A DNA stretch of 64,000 nt, taken from Candidatus Wolfebacteria bacterium GW2011_GWE2_44_13 (GTDB lineage Bacteria > Patescibacteriota > Minisyncoccia > UBA6257 > UBA9933). Below, in pieces: positions 25,782 to 35,922 of this stretch. The stretch is from NCBI GenBank assembly GCA_001000675.1, contig LCHW01000001.1:424875-488874 (forward strand), in the 5' to 3' direction. Both the position numbers and the translations under genes were made by a program. The first letter of the stretch is position 1. Each line of letters opens with the position of its first letter. The notes beneath the pieces are model-generated. The model made no database searches. It had not been told where the DNA came from and was given only the letters and a program-made list of their open reading frames with translations.

Positions 25782-26600
25782 TCAGTCATCATCCTCATCG
25801 TCATCACCTCTATTATTGCTTGCTCCCACGGGGACGGTTGGACTTGTGGTTTGTTGTATTGTTTGCGTATTTGCTACTTGGCCAACTGCGCCTACGAAGA
25901 ATGATGCAAGTAGTTGGTGCGCGTTCGTTGAATGAGGAAGACCTTCAAATGCTGCTCCCCCATCTTTGCCACAATAGCGCAATATTGCAGAAGTGCCTCC
26001 CGGATGTCGTGGTAAATAACTCGTTACATTATACACATTATTATTAACGATCATCCAACAATCTTGTGCTATGTTATGCTTTGCTATTTCTTGTATGGAT
26101 AATGCTACAGATGCATTTGGTTGCGTGGATGGAGCTGTTGGCTGTGTTGCCGGTGTATTTGATTGTGGTTTAGTAGTGGGGCTCGCAGTTGGAGCAACTG
26201 CAATCGCTTCTTGTCCGAGATCACCGATATAGTAAGCCTTTAATAGTTCGTGTGCATTTTGAGAATGCGGAGATGGGCTCGTGGTTCTTCCTTTCGTGCT
26301 ATATGCTCGTGTTGCGTCTGTGCCGCATGTTGGCAGAATTGTATCTGCATCGCCAGGATGTTGATTTAAATACGAAGTAACGTCATATATCTTTTTATCA
26401 ATCAATAGCCAGCAACTTGATGCGCTCGCATGCTTTGCCAGCTCTTCTTTTGTTAAGATTGTACCCTGTGCGATTAATTGCGCGGGATTGTTTTGCGGCG
26501 TTGGATTGTTTGTTTTTTCCTGGAGTGCAAAGCCCGCGGTAAAAAGCGACGTAACAAATGCCCAAAATATAAAGAGTGATATGAGCGTTAATTTTTTCAT
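25782..26600 (-). CDS. Secreted protein with two tandem cytochrome b5-like heme-binding domains.
   Basis: There is a signal peptide and two HPGG-type motifs (LNQHPGDADTILPTCG and LPRHPGGTSAILRYCG). The C-terminus is acidic. Confidence 0.7.
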   Translation of the reverse strand: MKKLTLISLFIFWAFVTSLFTAGFALQEKTNNPTPQNNPAQLIAQGTILTKEELAKHASASSCWLLIDKKIYDVTSYLNQHPGDADTILPTCGTDATRAYSTKGRTTSPSPHSQNAHELLKAYYIGDLGQEAIAVAPTASPTTKPQSNTPATQPTAPSTQPNASVALSIQEIAKHNIAQDCWMIVNNNVYNVTSYLPRHPGGTSAILRYCGKDGGAAFEGLPHSTNAHQLLASFFVGAVGQVANTQTIQQTTSPTVPVGASNNRGDDDEDDD

Positions 26601-26605
26601 GGGTT

Positions 26606-27913
26606 TTAACGTAACGTGAATTCTTCGGTGTGAATATGGGCTCGACTAACGCCTTTCGCAGCAAGCTGCTTTTTGAGACTGTGCATCAGCGGTACTGGCC
26701 CACAGATAAGGATCTCGTTTGCAAAGATATCTTCTCCCATTGCTTGCAACGCATCTGCAGAAATATATCCGCGCTCGTTTGAGCAAAAAGTTGCGATGGT
26801 GATATTTGGATTCTTTTGCGCGACAGCGATGAGCTCTTCGAGAAATACCGCTTCTGTTTTGTTGGCAACACAGTAGTATATTTTTATACGGTATGCGGGG
26901 TCGATAATTGCTTTTGCCATACCAATAAACGGAGTGATTCCAATACCGCCCGCAATCCATAGCTGATTTTTCCCTGGGGCGCGCTCGTTTGAAAAAACGC
27001 CGAAAGGCCCCTCTATTTTTGCGACGGTGTTCTTCGCGATTAATTTAAATTTCCCTGTGTGATCTCCGAGTGTTTTTACGGCGATTGCTAGCCGTGGCTC
27101 ATCGGGTGACGACACAATGGAAAATGGATGAAATTCATCCCCCACTATTTCAGTTTTAAAACTAATAAATATAAATTGCCCTGCTTTATATGTAAACGGC
27201 TTGAACACGGGCTTCATAAATATCTCTACTGTATGCTCATCCATGGGGCGTACTTCATCAACAATATATTCTATGTATGAAACAAAAAGTTTTGGAGCAA
27301 CTGTTCTGTATATGATTGGGATTAAGCCGAGTACGACAAAGAATACCATATACCAATACAATAGCGATGATACTTGTGTGTCGCTATAAATAATAAGGGT
27401 ATGTATAGATGCGAGTATAAAAGAAGCTGCGAGAAACTTGTGTGTAATCCTCCACTTGTCATACGCAAAAGAAACAAAAAACGTAAGCACAAGAAATAAC
27501 ATCATAGATAGCAACGCAAATATCCCCCAGAGAATAGGCGGGTTTGTAGAAAGAAGAAATAATGCAGCGTCACGTGGTGAAGCTACGAACGCAAATTTAA
27601 GAGCGAGGAATATTGGGTGGAATAATAGCAGTGAAAATGCAATTGCACCAAACGTGTGGTGTGCAAGATATACCCGATTCATTCCATTAAAAAAGCGCTC
27701 CAAAATCGGGTGGCGTGTACTTAGAATGAGATTGAGCGCAAACATAGCCATGCCGACGAGGCCGAGCATTTGGCCAATGCTGGTTAGCGTTGTGGTAAAC
27801 GTTGCAAAACGTTCAGATAATGGCTGTATTGTAGCCCAAATAAACAACGGTGACACTGAAAGTGCCCCTACAATGAACCACCCTGATAGACCTTTCATCT
27901 TCTGTACTAGCAT
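26606..27913 (-). CDS. Ferric reductase-like transmembrane domain fused to an FAD/NAD(P)-binding domain (bacterial NOX-like oxidoreductase).
   Basis: The TM region carries paired His (HHTFG, HTLII). The HPFS motif (HPFSIVSS) and GGIGITPF are present. It sits 6 nt upstream of the di-cytochrome b5 gene on the minus strand. Confidence 0.7.
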   Translation of the reverse strand: MLVQKMKGLSGWFIVGALSVSPLFIWATIQPLSERFATFTTTLTSIGQMLGLVGMAMFALNLILSTRHPILERFFNGMNRVYLAHHTFGAIAFSLLLFHPIFLALKFAFVASPRDAALFLLSTNPPILWGIFALLSMMLFLVLTFFVSFAYDKWRITHKFLAASFILASIHTLIIYSDTQVSSLLYWYMVFFVVLGLIPIIYRTVAPKLFVSYIEYIVDEVRPMDEHTVEIFMKPVFKPFTYKAGQFIFISFKTEIVGDEFHPFSIVSSPDEPRLAIAVKTLGDHTGKFKLIAKNTVAKIEGPFGVFSNERAPGKNQLWIAGGIGITPFIGMAKAIIDPAYRIKIYYCVANKTEAVFLEELIAVAQKNPNITIATFCSNERGYISADALQAMGEDIFANEILICGPVPLMHSLKKQLAAKGVSRAHIHTEEFTLR

Positions 27914-27949
27914 ATAGCTTATTATACTGAATTGTTTGTTGTTTGGATA

Positions 27950-27975
27950 TAAAAAGCCCCCGATGGGGGGCTTAG
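27950..27975 (-). terminator. Rho-independent terminator (agcccccgatggggggct).
   Basis: A hairpin plus T-run on the minus strand after gene 27989..28423. Confidence 0.6.
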
Positions 27976-27988
27976 GGCGGCATGGATC

Positions 27989-28423
27989 TCATGCCGGAAT
28001 GGGCGGGACGAATAGGACCGCCATCTTCGCTCCCGATCCGAGGATTGGGAGGGGGATGATCTTGCTTTCGACCCCGGCGGCCTTGAGGATATCATAATAG
28101 CGCCGAGCCTCCCCTAACCGGGCTTTGTATCCGTCGAAGCCGCAGGGGTACAGGATGGTGCCATCCTCCAGCGACATGCCTGCAGTCGCTTCGATACGTT
28201 CGAAAAACCCCCGCTCACCTTCCTTTACGACAACATAAAAACCCCGCTCTATCGGCTTGGTGGAGGGCGAAATGTCGTTCCGTTGCAGAATGTCGATAAT
28301 CGGCATGCTGCGCAACAGCCGTTGCTGTGCAGGGCCACGCGTTGCCGTGTAGGCTTCTTTTGCCGCTTCTTGTGCGATCTTCTCTGCTCGTTCAATGAGG
28401 TCGCCTCTTTCGATTGTTCGCAT
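27989..28423 (-). CDS. Hypothetical protein (144 aa), GC-rich.
   Basis: An ORF with a terminator. No motif was recognised. Confidence 0.4.
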   Translation of the reverse strand: MRTIERGDLIERAEKIAQEAAKEAYTATRGPAQQRLLRSMPIIDILQRNDISPSTKPIERGFYVVVKEGERGFFERIEATAGMSLEDGTILYPCGFDGYKARLGEARRYYDILKAAGVESKIIPLPILGSGAKMAVLFVPPIPA

Positions 28424-28518
28424 ATCTCTCCTCCATTGGGACGTTAATTGTGTGGTGCTAGCAATAATTTAGCCCTTAAAAGGCCAGTTTGTCAAATGAT
28501 TGTACTTGTTAAAATCGG

Positions 28519-29556
28519 TCAACGGATCAGCATCCCATCCCCGAAGGAAAAGAATCGGAACTTGTGTTTGATCGCCAGACGGTAGAGCTCAAAGAGTTTG
28601 TCCTTGCCGATGAGGGCGGCGACGAGCATAAGAAGGCTTGATTGCGGAACATGAAAGTTGGTTATCATGCCATCGATAAAGGTAAATCGATACCCTTCTT
28701 GAATAAAGATGCTCGTGTTGTCGGATAAGTTTTTAAGCTCCCCTTTCTTTGTGGCTGATTCTAACGTACGAACAACGGTTGTACCTACACCAATAATAGG
28801 GCGGCCTTCTTTTTTTGCGTTATTTAAAAATGCCGCAGTCTCTTTGTCTATCTCGTACTGTTCGATGTGGAGCGCTCCCGTGTCGAGATGCTCCTGCGTC
28901 AGTGGTGCAAATGTGCCGATGTTTACGTGCAACGTTACGAAACGAATATCAATTCCCGATCGCTGCAACTTTTTAAGCAGTCGATCGGTGAAATGTAAAG
29001 AAGCCGTGGGAGCAGCGACTGAGCCGGAGTGTTTTGCGAAAACCGTTTGGTATCTTTTTCGCAAAGCGCTTTCGGTGAGCGGGGTTTTTTTAATGTACGG
29101 AGGAATGGGCGTAATACCATGACGCTCAAGTACGGCCGCAAGCTGTTGTATAGGAAACGACGGCTTTAGGAGATACTGTTTTTCGTCGTGGCTTACGACG
29201 GTTAAAAATAAGTCTTTTGCGATAAGAACATTTGTGCCTACAATAAGTTTTCTATCAGACATGACCCGAATGCAATCCCCTTCTGTTGCGATATATAATA
29301 TGCGTGCTTCGCCACCTGTTGGTTTTGTTACCTTGAGACGAGCGGGAAATACTTTTGTCTGATTAAAAACCAGTACCGCGTTTTTCGGAAGATATTCTCC
29401 GATATGCGCGAAAGTGCTTTCTGCTACCTCGTCATTCTTCCTGTCGTATATTAATAGCTTTGCGCTGTCGCGTGGCGATGCGGGGTTTTGCGCAATAAGC
29501 GTTTCGGGGAACGCGTAATCGTATGCCTGTATTGTTTGCTCTAATAATTGCTTCAC
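28519..29556 (-). CDS. queA: S-adenosylmethionine:tRNA ribosyltransferase-isomerase.
   Basis: The N-terminus LLEQTIQAYDYAFPETLIAQNPASPRDSAKLL is the QueA signature. Confidence 0.9.
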   Translation of the reverse strand: MKQLLEQTIQAYDYAFPETLIAQNPASPRDSAKLLIYDRKNDEVAESTFAHIGEYLPKNAVLVFNQTKVFPARLKVTKPTGGEARILYIATEGDCIRVMSDRKLIVGTNVLIAKDLFLTVVSHDEKQYLLKPSFPIQQLAAVLERHGITPIPPYIKKTPLTESALRKRYQTVFAKHSGSVAAPTASLHFTDRLLKKLQRSGIDIRFVTLHVNIGTFAPLTQEHLDTGALHIEQYEIDKETAAFLNNAKKEGRPIIGVGTTVVRTLESATKKGELKNLSDNTSIFIQEGYRFTFIDGMITNFHVPQSSLLMLVAALIGKDKLFELYRLAIKHKFRFFSFGDGMLIR

Positions 29557-30719
29557 AACTTTCCTTTTTTGATTTCTTCTCGTACTTTTTTCACAAACCC
29601 ATGAAAGAAATACATATTATGAAATGTAAGTAGCTTCAATGGAGTAATTTCGTTTGCCTTGAGAAGGTGTGTGATATATCCCTTGCTATAGTTTTGGCAC
29701 ACAAAACATGAGCACTTCGGGTCGAGCGGTTTTTTATCAGTAAGGAACGCTTTCTTCTTTAAATCTAGGCGTCCCTTTGATGTGAACGCCATGCCATGGC
29801 GAGCGTAGTGGGTTGGTGCAATGCAGTCGAAGGTATCGATGCCTGACTTCATAATAGGGATGATGTCGTCGAGGTGTCCGATGCCGAGCAAGTGGCGTGG
29901 TTTATTTTCCGGTAATTCGTTTGTAACGATGTCGAGCATTCCCGTCATCATGCTTTTATCGGCACCGAATTCTCCGCCAATACCAAAGCCGTCGAAAGGA
30001 AGGCCTCCGATAAACTTTGCACTTTCTGTACGGAGATCTTTGAACTTACCTCCTTGTACGATGCCATAAAGCGCTTGATCCGTCTTCTTTGTTTTGAGAC
30101 AAACCTTTGCCCAATCATTTGTATGCTCGAGTGATTTTTTCGTATACGCATGATCGGCCATGGGTGACGTGCATTCGTCGAATGCAAAAATAATATCAGC
30201 GCCAATTTGCTCCTGAATTTTTATGGATTCCTTTGGTCCTAAGAACATTTCACTCCCGTCATGATAGGAGCGAAACATAACTCCCTCAGGGGTTATTTTA
30301 AGTAGCTTCGGTTGCTGGCCGAGCTCAATAACCGAGTCACTCTCCTGCTTCATTATTTTCCCAGTCTGAAAATCTCGTCCAAACCCAAGACTGAATACCT
30401 GAAACCCGCCGGAGTCGGTCATAATAGGGCGCTTCCAGTTCATAAACTTGTGCAACCCGCCGTGCTTTTTCAGTACGGCTTCCCCTGGGCGAATATGCAA
30501 GTGATAGGTGTTGGCGATAAGCAACTGTGCTCCCGTTGCCTCAACCTCTTCTGAGGTAAGTGTCTTAATGACGCCTTGCGTTGCAACGGAAACATACGCA
30601 GGGGTTTCTACTGTGCCATGGGGCGTTTTAAGAAGACCTAAGCGCGCCCTGCTTTTCGTGGATCGTTTTTTGATTTTGAATTCAATCATAAGATTATTAG
30701 TATGCGGAATATAGTGCAA
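29553..30719 (-). CDS. tgt: Queuine tRNA-ribosyltransferase.
   Basis: The pattern RLGLLKTPHGTVETPAYVSVATQG and the C-terminal Zn site CSCFVCQ..H fit Tgt. The gene overlaps queA by 4 nt. Confidence 0.9.
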   Translation of the reverse strand: MHYIPHTNNLMIEFKIKKRSTKSRARLGLLKTPHGTVETPAYVSVATQGVIKTLTSEEVEATGAQLLIANTYHLHIRPGEAVLKKHGGLHKFMNWKRPIMTDSGGFQVFSLGFGRDFQTGKIMKQESDSVIELGQQPKLLKITPEGVMFRSYHDGSEMFLGPKESIKIQEQIGADIIFAFDECTSPMADHAYTKKSLEHTNDWAKVCLKTKKTDQALYGIVQGGKFKDLRTESAKFIGGLPFDGFGIGGEFGADKSMMTGMLDIVTNELPENKPRHLLGIGHLDDIIPIMKSGIDTFDCIAPTHYARHGMAFTSKGRLDLKKKAFLTDKKPLDPKCSCFVCQNYSKGYITHLLKANEITPLKLLTFHNMYFFHGFVKKVREEIKKGKL

Positions 30720-30755
30720 ATTGCAACCCCAGTGTGCTCGTGCTGTGCCTCGTGG

Positions 30756-33434
30756 TTATTTGCGCTTTCGAAGGAATATCGCGTACTTTGCGCTTTCGAT
30801 GAGTGCTATTTCTACTAAACCAATGCCACCAATAATTGCCCAGTGGATTGGCTCAAGCGGAACAGTACGTACGATTGTTTGTACGCCTGGTATATAAATT
30901 GCAGCGAGGAGCAAGAGTAATCCTAGTGCTGCTGCGCCATTAACATATTTGTTCGTAAAGATTCCTCGTGTAAACATGGTTGATTTAAGTGAACGAACAC
31001 TGAATGAAAATAGGAGTGAATCTATGCATGAAAAAGCAAATACGGCGGTACGCGCGAGCGCAACATCCCCTGTTTTTGCAAGGAATACCGAATAGATTCC
31101 AATTGCAGCGGATCCTGTCACGAGGAAAATAAATCCTAACCAATATTTCATCTGATTGTTAAGAAACGGCTCTGCTGGGTTGCGCGGCGGCTCCTCCATG
31201 ATTCCATGACGCTCACGTTCAGTAGTTAATGCTATGTTTGGAAGACCATCCTCTACGACGTTGATCCAGAGTAATTGCGTTGGTAAAAGTGGAATTGGTA
31301 ATGCAAATGAAATAGTTGTGATAAATAATAATAATTCGGCAAAACTATCTGCAATTAAATACATAAAAATCTTGCGAATATTGTTGTACATAATTCGTCC
31401 CTCCTCTATCGTTTTTAAAACGGTCTTGAGGTTGTTGTCGAGTAGCACAATATCAGACGCTTCTCTTGCTGCGTCTGTGCCTGACCCCAGCGCAATGCCG
31501 ATGTCGGATTTCTGTAGTGCGGGTGCATCATTTACGCCATCGCCAATCATCGCGACAACTTCACCATTTTGTTGTAATGCTTGCACAATACGTAACTTAT
31601 GATGTGGTGAAACACGTGCATAGAGGCAAACACCCCGTGCGATTTCTCTGAGCTCTTTGTCGGTTGCAATATCAATCTCAGACCCCTCCATAATACACGT
31701 TTCTTCTGCGGGAATGCCCACTTCTTGCGCAATTGCGCGTGCCGTTAATCGATGGTCCCCGGTAATGAGCACGGTTCTAATTCCCGCAGTTTTAGCGAGA
31801 TTAATCGTGTGCCGTGCATCAACACGCAAGGGGTCTTTAATAGCAATGAGGCCTATTAGCGTTAGGCCCTTTACGATTTCATTAAACTCAGTATATGTCG
31901 GACGTTTTGTGAATGTTTTTCGTGCACATGCAATAACCCGTAATCCGGTGGACGTTGTCATCTCCATATGACGAATAATGCGGTCTTGTTCTGGTTCTCC
32001 AATGTGTTGGTGGACGCCGTTTTTGTCTACGGAGTTTGCAAGTGCTGTAATTTGTTCTGCGGCGCCGACTACTAGTAACTCATACGTATCAATGCCCGTT
32101 CCAAAAAGCGTTGCTGCGTACTTTGTTTCTGAGTCAAACAACGTCATATCCTCTATCCACCGATTTTTCCAAAGCTCATCACGATCAACGCCTGCGTGCA
32201 TGGCGGCAATAAGGAGTGCGCGTTCGGTTGGTGTGCCACGAATAATAAGATCGTGTAGCTCATCTTGTGGATTTTCTATGTATGCTTCACTAACCAATGC
32301 GGTAATACGCAATGCGGTGATGTGTGAATCTTCTGGCCCACCATTATTTGTAATGCCATGAATGTCATCTTCACTCGCAATAGGTAATTCGTGTGTCGCA
32401 GTAAGAATATGGCTTACTTGCATCGTGCCTTCCGTTAAGGTGCCGGTTTTGTCTGTACAGATAACCGTTACACTCCCGAGCGTTTCTGTGGCGGCAAGTT
32501 TTCGAACCAGCCCTTTTTCTTGTAAAATGCGCCGCATGCCCATGACTAGCACAATCGTAATAGCGGGCAATAAGCCTTCTGGAATCGCAGACGCTGCAAG
32601 TGCAAGCGAGGCAATAAGAATATCTGCAAACGGTTCACCGCGCAGAACGCCCAAAATAATAATGCCTACAATAATACTGCTGATAATTGCGCCCAGTACG
32701 CGTGACATGCGCGCTATCTTTTTTTGCAGTGGTGTTGGGCGACGTTCAGCATCCTGAAGCGATACCGCTATTTTCCCAAATTCAGTATCACCTCCTGTTG
32801 CTACGACTAATAACGTGGCGCGCCCTGTTTCCACAGTCGTACCCATAAAAACCATATTATGGCGTTCGAAAATTAATGCGTCCGCAGCTACCTTGCTCGG
32901 ATTTTTATCTACTGGCGACCATTCCCCTGTAAGGGTTGATTCATTGACTGTTAGTCGCGTTGCTTCAATAACGCGTGCATCTGCTGGAATCTTGTTCCCT
33001 GCCTTTACAACAATAATATCTCCCGGAACAAGCTCTGTAGCGTCGATTTCTTTACGGTTGCCTTCGCGAATAACACTTGCCATTGTGTGCGCTATTTTAC
33101 GCAATGCTTGCAGCGATGCGTTCGCTTTGTTTTCTTGTAAAAATCCAACAACTCCGTTAATGGCAAGGACCACTAACATAAATATCCCATCAATAAAATG
33201 GTTTAGCGCAAATGCAATTATCGCAGCTCCAAATAAAATGTATATGAGCGAGTTATTAAACTGCTCAATAAACAATTTGATGCGTGAATAGGGCTTTCCT
33301 TCGGGGATATTATTTTTGCCCACAAGCTTCGCAATATCGACTACTTGGTTTTCTGAAAGTCCCCCCGGACCACTACCCGTTATATCGTACGCTTCTTCGG
33401 GCGTTAAGTTATGCCAGTGTATCTTTATTGCCAT
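30756..33434 (-). CDS. P-type cation-transporting ATPase (type II, Ca2+/Mg2+-like).
   Basis: The phosphorylation site is ICTDKTGTLT. The hinge is MIGDGVNDAPAL. There are 10 TM segments. Confidence 0.9.
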   Translation of the reverse strand: MAIKIHWHNLTPEEAYDITGSGPGGLSENQVVDIAKLVGKNNIPEGKPYSRIKLFIEQFNNSLIYILFGAAIIAFALNHFIDGIFMLVVLAINGVVGFLQENKANASLQALRKIAHTMASVIREGNRKEIDATELVPGDIIVVKAGNKIPADARVIEATRLTVNESTLTGEWSPVDKNPSKVAADALIFERHNMVFMGTTVETGRATLLVVATGGDTEFGKIAVSLQDAERRPTPLQKKIARMSRVLGAIISSIIVGIIILGVLRGEPFADILIASLALAASAIPEGLLPAITIVLVMGMRRILQEKGLVRKLAATETLGSVTVICTDKTGTLTEGTMQVSHILTATHELPIASEDDIHGITNNGGPEDSHITALRITALVSEAYIENPQDELHDLIIRGTPTERALLIAAMHAGVDRDELWKNRWIEDMTLFDSETKYAATLFGTGIDTYELLVVGAAEQITALANSVDKNGVHQHIGEPEQDRIIRHMEMTTSTGLRVIACARKTFTKRPTYTEFNEIVKGLTLIGLIAIKDPLRVDARHTINLAKTAGIRTVLITGDHRLTARAIAQEVGIPAEETCIMEGSEIDIATDKELREIARGVCLYARVSPHHKLRIVQALQQNGEVVAMIGDGVNDAPALQKSDIGIALGSGTDAAREASDIVLLDNNLKTVLKTIEEGRIMYNNIRKIFMYLIADSFAELLLFITTISFALPIPLLPTQLLWINVVEDGLPNIALTTERERHGIMEEPPRNPAEPFLNNQMKYWLGFIFLVTGSAAIGIYSVFLAKTGDVALARTAVFAFSCIDSLLFSFSVRSLKSTMFTRGIFTNKYVNGAAALGLLLLLAAIYIPGVQTIVRTVPLEPIHWAIIGGIGLVEIALIESAKYAIFLRKRK

Positions 33435-34635
33435 GTTCGTGTGTTATAAGCCCCGTTAATAGATGTGCGTGTGTTTTATTTGCGACTAGGAATATAAGCG
33501 ACATACATCCTGCTAATACAAAACTGATTGAAAAAAATGTACTAGTGGATGTGGTATATGCGATATACATTAATATCGGGATAAACACGACGCGCGCACT
33601 ATTGTAGAGTAACTCGCGACTGATAATAAATGCAGTAGCATCGGAAACGGTTTTAGTAATCTTATAATACTGGCTTGCCCATGCGACCATTAGCCCTGAA
33701 TATATTACATTTCCGCCAACATGCATGCCTGCAACCATGGGAGGTTGCCCAATAAACGGACGTATAAACCATACAAGTGCATTAGCGATGGATGCCCATC
33801 GAATAACATTGCGGCGCTTCCCATAATCCGAAAGGAATCCGACAAGATAGGTTACAACGGCGGTAACGACAAGCCCGAGTGATATAACACCGCCAAATTC
33901 TTTAACACCGCCAATAGCAAGAAATATAAAGAGGGGCCAAATTGTTTTGCTGATCACTACTTCTATTGCATATCCAATTCCTGATAGCGTAAAAGGAAGC
34001 AACTCCTTGTTCTTAAAGAATGGAACTATTGATTTGATCGTTAAATCTGAAGCGAGGTTTCTGTTTTTGAAAAAGAACAATGGTAATACTGAAATTAATA
34101 AGATTGCACTTCCAATAAGAAATGTTTCTTGAAAGCCTGCGGCTTCGATAAGCGCACCACCGAAAAAGGGAGCAGCAAGCCCGAGAACCGATCCAAGAAC
34201 GTACCGCACGCCAATTTCTTCTCCAATCCGTTCTTTGTCTGAGGCGCTTGAAAAATCAATGTGATATCCGATATTAAATAACAATGTGTGCATTGCGCTC
34301 GCAACCGGCAATAAAAAAAATATAAATGATTCCACCTCCACCATACTCAACCCAAAGAAATAAAGGACAAGAAAAGGAATGCTGAGAAACATCATCATCT
34401 TATCGCTTAATTTTTTAATGATAGGTAAAAGAATAAGGGTGAAGATTAAAAATAAGGCTGAGTGTAGAAAATAAAATAGCAAAATTTTCCATAGAGGAAA
34501 TCCTAGATTCCAAAAAAATATGGGCACGAAAACACTTAACAGCCCTTCTGCAAAAGCTAAAAAGCCAAGCGTTGCGTAGAGCGCATTTATTTCTTTATTG
34601 CCGAATATATGTAAGTGGTGTTTGTCACTAATCAT
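33409..34635 (-). CDS. MFS-type transporter.
   Basis: About 12 TM helices. Confidence 0.55.
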   Translation of the reverse strand: MISDKHHLHIFGNKEINALYATLGFLAFAEGLLSVFVPIFFWNLGFPLWKILLFYFLHSALFLIFTLILLPIIKKLSDKMMMFLSIPFLVLYFFGLSMVEVESFIFFLLPVASAMHTLLFNIGYHIDFSSASDKERIGEEIGVRYVLGSVLGLAAPFFGGALIEAAGFQETFLIGSAILLISVLPLFFFKNRNLASDLTIKSIVPFFKNKELLPFTLSGIGYAIEVVISKTIWPLFIFLAIGGVKEFGGVISLGLVVTAVVTYLVGFLSDYGKRRNVIRWASIANALVWFIRPFIGQPPMVAGMHVGGNVIYSGLMVAWASQYYKITKTVSDATAFIISRELLYNSARVVFIPILMYIAYTTSTSTFFSISFVLAGCMSLIFLVANKTHAHLLTGLITHEHGNKDTLA

Positions 34636-35876
34636 GGATTTGGTGTTTTTGCAAAAAGCGAAATGTGATTAATTTTCTTTTCTAATATGATAAAGAGTAG
34701 TGATGCGATAATCGCCATACTTCCTCCAAAAAGGAATGGCGCTGCTGAGCCAAGGCTTTCCCACATAACTCCGGCGATGAGTGATGCTAATAGGACGGCA
34801 AACCCAATCATTGTTTGGTAAAAACCGATTGCGGTTGCCGTGTGCTCTTCTTTGACGAGGTTTGATACATACGCAACCGACACGCCTTCTGTTAATCCAC
34901 GATAAAATCCAAACAAAGGGAAGAGTAGCCAGAGAAAGAAAGGTGCTGTAATTGATCCGAATAGTATATATGCCAATGCGAAGAGCAGGAATCCAATTAA
35001 AAGCACTTTTTTCGGGCCAATTTTATCGGAGACGATACCTGCGGGATATGATGATAATGAATGAGTCAGGTTTAGTAGTGCATACAGTACTAAAATTAAT
35101 TCAATTGGCATACCCATATCTTTTGCCTTAAGAATCATAAATGCATCCGCGCTGTTTCCGAGTGCAAACACAATACTAATAGCCAAGAACACCTTAAACG
35201 ATGGGCTTAAATCGGTAAGCTTAAAACGAAATACCGTGTGATTAACTGGTTTTGTATGAATATCTTTAACAAAGAGAATAAGACAAATAACGCCGATCAA
35301 TGCCGGAATAAATGCGATATAAAAAATTGAACGTATTTCTATGTGTAAGAAAAATAAAAGATAAATCGCAAGTAATGGTCCGATAATTGCCCCTGCGTTA
35401 TCGATTGCTCGATGGAGTCCAAAAGCCCTCCCTCTGTGTCCTGCTAATGTGCTGTCCGCAATAAGCGCATCGCGCGGTGAAGACCGTGCCCCCTTTCCTG
35501 TTCGGTCAAGCACTTTTCCAAACATAGCAGTATGCCATCCGGATGACATAGCTACTACGAGCTTTGCTAGCGCAGATATTGAATATCCAACAACTACGAT
35601 AATTTTTCGTTTTTGATATTTGTCAGATAGCCATCCAGAAACAATCTTTAGCATATTTAGCGCCGATGCCGCGAGGCCTTCCATAAGCCCTACAATAGTC
35701 ATCGGTGCTCCTAATGTTGCGGTAAGAAAGATTGGTAAAATTGGATACACCATTTCCGAGGCTACGTCGGTAAAAAAACTTACCACTCCCATAATGACAA
35801 CGTTTTTGCTCACCTCTGGTTGCACCTGCCCTCCTTTTTGTGTGTCAGGAGAAAGAATGTCGTGTACGGGTTCCAT
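34632..35876 (-). CDS. MFS transporter.
   Basis: About 12 TM helices, with an MFS loop motif LDRTGKGARSSPRDALIADS. Confidence 0.7.
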   Translation of the reverse strand: MEPVHDILSPDTQKGGQVQPEVSKNVVIMGVVSFFTDVASEMVYPILPIFLTATLGAPMTIVGLMEGLAASALNMLKIVSGWLSDKYQKRKIIVVVGYSISALAKLVVAMSSGWHTAMFGKVLDRTGKGARSSPRDALIADSTLAGHRGRAFGLHRAIDNAGAIIGPLLAIYLLFFLHIEIRSIFYIAFIPALIGVICLILFVKDIHTKPVNHTVFRFKLTDLSPSFKVFLAISIVFALGNSADAFMILKAKDMGMPIELILVLYALLNLTHSLSSYPAGIVSDKIGPKKVLLIGFLLFALAYILFGSITAPFFLWLLFPLFGFYRGLTEGVSVAYVSNLVKEEHTATAIGFYQTMIGFAVLLASLIAGVMWESLGSAAPFLFGGSMAIIASLLFIILEKKINHISLFAKTPNP

Positions 35877-35922
35877 AGTGTATAGTATAGCCGAAAATAG
35901 TGCTCTTGATAATCAAAACTCC

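Noticed and set aside
33409-33434. A 26-nt overlap between the P-type ATPase N-terminus and the MFS transporter C-terminus, as evidence for frameshift or fusion.
   Set aside because: Short same-strand overlaps are pervasive in this compact genome, and the two genes are in different frames with independent domain sets.
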